Shown here: in pieces, positions 59,346 to 64,000 of the stretch | Numbering within the stretch: position 1 is the first letter of the stretch | How the letters are laid out: the number at the start of each line of letters is the position of its first letter | Assembly: GCA_964016885.1 (NCBI GenBank) | Contig: OZ024741.1 | Span: 342,922,001-342,986,000, forward strand | Reading direction: 5' to 3' | DNA length: 64,000 nucleotides | Source: Eledone cirrhosa | Taxonomy: Eukaryota | Made by a program: the position numbers and the translations under genes | Notes under the pieces: model-generated | The model's database searches: none | What the model was told of the DNA's origin: nothing | The model's input: only the letters and a program-made list of their open reading frames with translations

Positions 59346-62300
59346 AAGGATAATCTAGCTGTCGTCTGTTCTACAGCGTAGATGTAATTCACTTCGCGCA
59401 GAAGTTTTGTTCAAATTTATTGCGGGAATTTTGTAAGTTCAATTTTCATTTTGATACTATTGTGTAGTCTGAACTGTCAGGCGGTGGGTCAGCTCATCTT
59501 CGCCCCTCCCAGGGGTGAAAAACCTGTTTTTAAAAATTTTGTGGCATAAAATTTCAATCGTCTGACAGAAATGTTAAACGAAGCTAACGAAAATAGTGGT
59601 GGGTGGACAGCGGTAAGAGTTGTAAGCTCGCACGCTTTAGTCCCCCCCCCTTCCTTCCCAACTAACGTCACAGAGAAGGAAAGAAAAAATAAAATAAAAA
59701 CAGACGAATGTGCGGAGAAAAATGACGAAAACACAAATCTGGACATTGATTCCAACAACAACAAAAAATTTGAAAAATTGCATGACAATATTAATACCAC
59801 AAACAAAGACACAACAAACACAAAAATAACATTTGAAAACAACATCATAACAGAAAGCAAAGCAGACGACAAAGTCAACACCAATAATATTTCATTTGCA
59901 CAAACAACAAAGAAATCTTTGACATATATACCTGAAAATATTTCAGATGTGGCACAAAGAATTAAAAACGCCAAACAATACATAACTCAAGGGGAAAATG
60001 GTATTTTATCGGTAAAAATGCCTCAAGAACTCACCAAAGACATTGAAAGTCGGACGGTCGTTTTCCGCACCATCAACAACATTTCTAAAAAACCTCAACA
60101 ACCAACACAAACAGAAATCAAAGCAGTACTTACAGAAGTACTTAATGAAACCACTTTCATAAGAAGAGACAGGCTGTATGGAAGCCTAGCGATTATTATG
60201 AAGAACGAATTGGCGGCAAAAAAATATGCTTTGTCGCCGATTCGTTCGAAAATTTTGACCTTTTATCCATCTTATATGGGTAAAAGAACTCAGCGCATAT
60301 GGCTGGATGCGATGATGCCAGATGTGGACTACTGCTGGCTCATAGCTGGCTTCATCGATCCAGCGAATGACAACGTGATTTCCATTGGGAAAACCACAGG
60401 CAATGCGTTCAGTGGAACAGGTATAGAACTTGTAGTGCAAATGAAGCCTGAACACATTGCCCAAATACCCGACAGAATCCTATTAGAGGGCCACGGGTAT
60501 ATAAACATTAGCGTGGAGGGGAGAAGGCCGTCCTGTCATATCTGTGCAGGCAGAGGGCACCTGAAGGCGGCTTGTCCCCAACTCAACAAGAAGAAAACCC
60601 TGCTACCAACACCAGCTCCACCACCACCACAACAGATAAACAAACAACAAAACTCAGTCCCACCCAACCCGTCCCTCAGTAAAACTACACAACCACCACA
60701 ACACAAACAGTCACAACACATTACCCAAAAACAAAACACAGTCCCACCCAACCCCTCACTCAATAAAACAACACAACCACCGCAGCCACAACACACAACA
60801 CAGTCTAACATAGTGACATCTATCTCCCCCAAAATAAAACCAACACGGAAACATTACCAGCAAACATACCTCTTCCCTCCAACACTGAAGATAACCAACG
60901 AATTCGGAGGAAGAAACGGAGTCCTTCAGACAGATTAAAAGGAAAAAAAGAAAACATGTGCAAAACACACAAGGCCAAACAAACCCTACCCAAATGTCAA
61001 CACAATCCAACAAAACACAAAACACCCCTCCAGCAACAAACAAAACCAAACCTGCCCCTCCCCTCTTCGAAACACTCACACCATCCGAAAAAAAGACATT
61101 ACACTATACTTACATCAACATAAACAATAATAAATTAAATGAACTCATAAACAATAATCCTTCGGTACAAACCGAAGGTGTAAACTTTGTTTCTTCAGAA
61201 AACTACCCACATTTAAAATTAATAAAGATCCCAATGAACCTCTACCAAAAACTAAAAAAGGATTTTAAGGAGGACGTAGGACCAACCTCTGTCAAACCCA
61301 TAAACTGCGTCCTACTAAAAAGCTTTCCCCCTCCCCTTCCCCTCCCCAACACAACTCCAAACACCCCAACCCCACCACACACTGACGACCCCACACCACC
61401 ACAAGACACCCCTTCACCCAACACCCCCGACCCCATGGGAGTCGTGCGACCCGAACCCCGGGAAGCAGAAAGGTAGGTCTCTACACTCTCCTTTGGCTTT
61501 GCCGCCCACATGGATGTGTTAAGAGTAGGATGTTTGAATGCACGTGGCCTGGGCTCAATTTGGAAGCAAGCAAAGCTTCTAAATGACCTCAGGTCACGGT
61601 ATAAATGTAATAGTTATCTGTGAGACTCGGATCAGCGTCGTGCGGCAGCTGGCCCCTACCTTCGATGACTTTGAGGTGCACGCATCTCTCTGTCAACCTG
61701 GAGGTGGGGGTGGGGTTGTCGTACTGCTGGAAAAACACCTGGGTCTCGCCGTACAGGTTGTGCACTCGGACCCGGAGGGTCGTTTGTTGGTGCTAGATGT
61801 TGGCATTAGTGAAGGTGCGGCCCTTCGGAGTTGAACGGCCCGACTTCTTCCAGCGTTTGGAGACTTTTCTGGGAACGTCGCGTTCCCTGCTTCTAGCGGG
61901 AGATTGGAATGACATCCTAGATGCACGTTGGGACTATGCAGGAGCATGTCCTAGTAGAGGGGGTGTAACAGCCTCAAGGGGTTACTCGACCGTTTTAACT
62001 TGGTCGATAGATATCGACTAGATTTTCCAACTGTGCCAACCTGGACTTGGACGAACCACAGTGGTCAATCTAGATCGTACTTAGATAGATTCTTAGTTAG
62101 AAGTAAGGATAGGGACATATTAAGCTGTCCAGAAATGCTCACGGTTGGCTATACGGATCACAAATTAGTGACCTGCGTAGTCAATCTTGAGAAAACACAT
62201 AAACAGGGTCCCGGTTACTGGAAACTTAATTTGTCTTTACCGGCAAAAGAGACTTACAGAAACCGGATTAGCAGATTAGTTAAGGAGAGGTTGACGGGTG

Positions 62301-64000
62301 CAATCGTCAACAACCGATGGTGGGCATCTCTCAAAAGAGAGATTAGAACAGAATCAATAAGTTATAGCAAGATGTTAGCTGCCGATAGGAATAGAAACGA
62401 GAAAGAATTAACAGGTAAATTAGAAGAGGCAATCAAGAGCGAAGATGTGGCCAGAGTGCTGGCATCGAGGACGGCAAAGCACGAAGGCTGCGTCATTCGA
62501 AGTAAAATACGTGCTCTCGGTAATGAGGGGGCCAAAGCCGTTGGCTGGGCCCGCGTGACAGAAGCTAAGAGTGGAAATCGATCCACCATCCGGTCTTTGC
62601 AAGACGAGGATGGACGGGTGATCCGGGAGCCTAAGCAGATGTGCGAGGCCTTTCAAAGGCACTTTGCCCGATTATACGGGGGAGGCGAGGGCCCGGGCGG
62701 GGAATGGATTTCGGTCCATACCTCGACGGCCTGCCGCGTCTCTCGAGCGAAGAGGGAGAGTCCTGCGAGGGACCAATCTCGGCTGATGAGATCAGGGATG
62801 CGCTGAGCCAATGCAGCAGACGCAAATCTCCAGGTCTCGATGGTATACCTTACGAACTTTATTTAGCAATGCCGGTCTTCTCCGAACTCCTCGAAGCGGT
62901 CTACTGCAATTGGCAGCAGAACGGGAGAATTCCTTGTTCTGTAGCCAAGGGCGTAGTCTCGCTGGTGAGGAAGGACGAGAACAAGGGGGATAGTATAAAT
63001 AATTTTCGGCCCATAACCCTGCTAAACACAGAGTTAAAGATTTTGGCCAAGGTGTTAGCAAAGAGGTTGGCGCTTGTCGTGGGTGGCCTGGTGGGAGATG
63101 TGCAGACATGTGCTATCCCATCCAGGTCCATTCACGATAACCTCCACCTCATGCGATACATCACAGAGAGGGTTAGCAACAAACCTGGCTTCGGTGGGGC
63201 CCTGATCAACTTGGATCAGTCTAAGGCCTTCGATAGGGTCGACCATGATTACCTGGATGCGGTGCTAGTGGCGGCTGGGTTCGGTCCTGTTTTCAGAGGC
63301 TTGATCACTGCCTTACATAGCAACCACATCTGTTCTAGGATCAAGGTAAACGGCTACCTTTCGAAGCCGTTCGAAATCACACGATCCATTCGACAGGGGT
63401 GCCCTCTCTCCTCCCTTCTGTACGCATTGACTCTCGAGCCTTTACTGAGGAAGTTGGAGTTGTTGCAGGGTATCCCCCTGGAACCAGGATTGAGCAAAGC
63501 GGTGTCGGCCTACGCCGATGACGTAACAGTAATGGTATCGACCGACTCGGAGATCGAGGCGATCGGTACCTTACTGGAGGATTACGAAAGGTTGTCAGGA
63601 GCGAAACTGAACCGGGAAAAATCCATCGGGCTGCAACTCGGAACGTGGAGAGGCAGACCGATGCCTCCCGACGGTGTCGTCGGACACTGGACGGAGGGCC
63701 CGGTGAAGTTGCTTGGGGTCTGGTTTGGACCGGACCTCCAGGTGGAAAAGAACTGGGACGAGGTTACGAACAAGGTGTTTGCACTAACCCAGAAATGGGC
63801 CAAGTGTAAGCTGTCCCTAAAAGGTCGGGCGGAGGTGGCGAACATTTACATAGCGTCCGTCATTTACTACCGCCTGACTGTCGTGCCTTGCCCTAAGGAA
63901 ACACTCACCACCATGGAACGCATGCTCTTCCAATTTCTTTGGAAGAAGCGCCCTCCTATGGTGAGAAGATCCATCTGCTGCCAACAACCTTCGAAAGGAG
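59346..64000 (+). mobile_element. Tx1 subfamily A, copy 2 (runs off the window end; several indels)
   Basis: Highly similar to 16133 onward; preceded by (TATC)n at 59281-59345; ORF1 59571-61476; ORF2 from 61510 is frameshifted. Confidence 0.93.

Overview
Eukaryotic, AT-rich, repeat-dominated DNA. SINE and LINE tail motifs resemble octopod cephalopod repeats (inference). No intact host gene is visible; at most one or two small candidate exons lie on the minus strand. Main contents: (1) Tx1/L1-clade LINEs of several subfamilies, every copy bordered by (TATC)n, five stacked head-to-tail at 16.1-29.0 kb; (2) several Penelope-like elements (PLEs; RT plus GIY-YIG), one near-intact with ~900-bp direct repeats; (3) at least a dozen type-I hammerhead ribozyme (HHR) motifs, read by eye; (4) a CR1/L2-like LINE, a mariner relic, tRNA-derived SINEs, multi-kb (TA)n arrays and a ~30-bp minisatellite. 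Best candidates for something undescribed: (a) three families of ~320-440-bp non-coding retrozyme-like units, each with an octamer ATGCAAAT 80-100 nt upstream of a hammerhead core; (b) splice donor and acceptor motifs bracketing Tx1 ORF2 exactly in two subfamilies, suggesting ORF2 can be removed as an intron; (c) recurrent fold-back micro-insertions of PLE ends built around the ribozyme. All structures were read manually, with no folding software or database searches.
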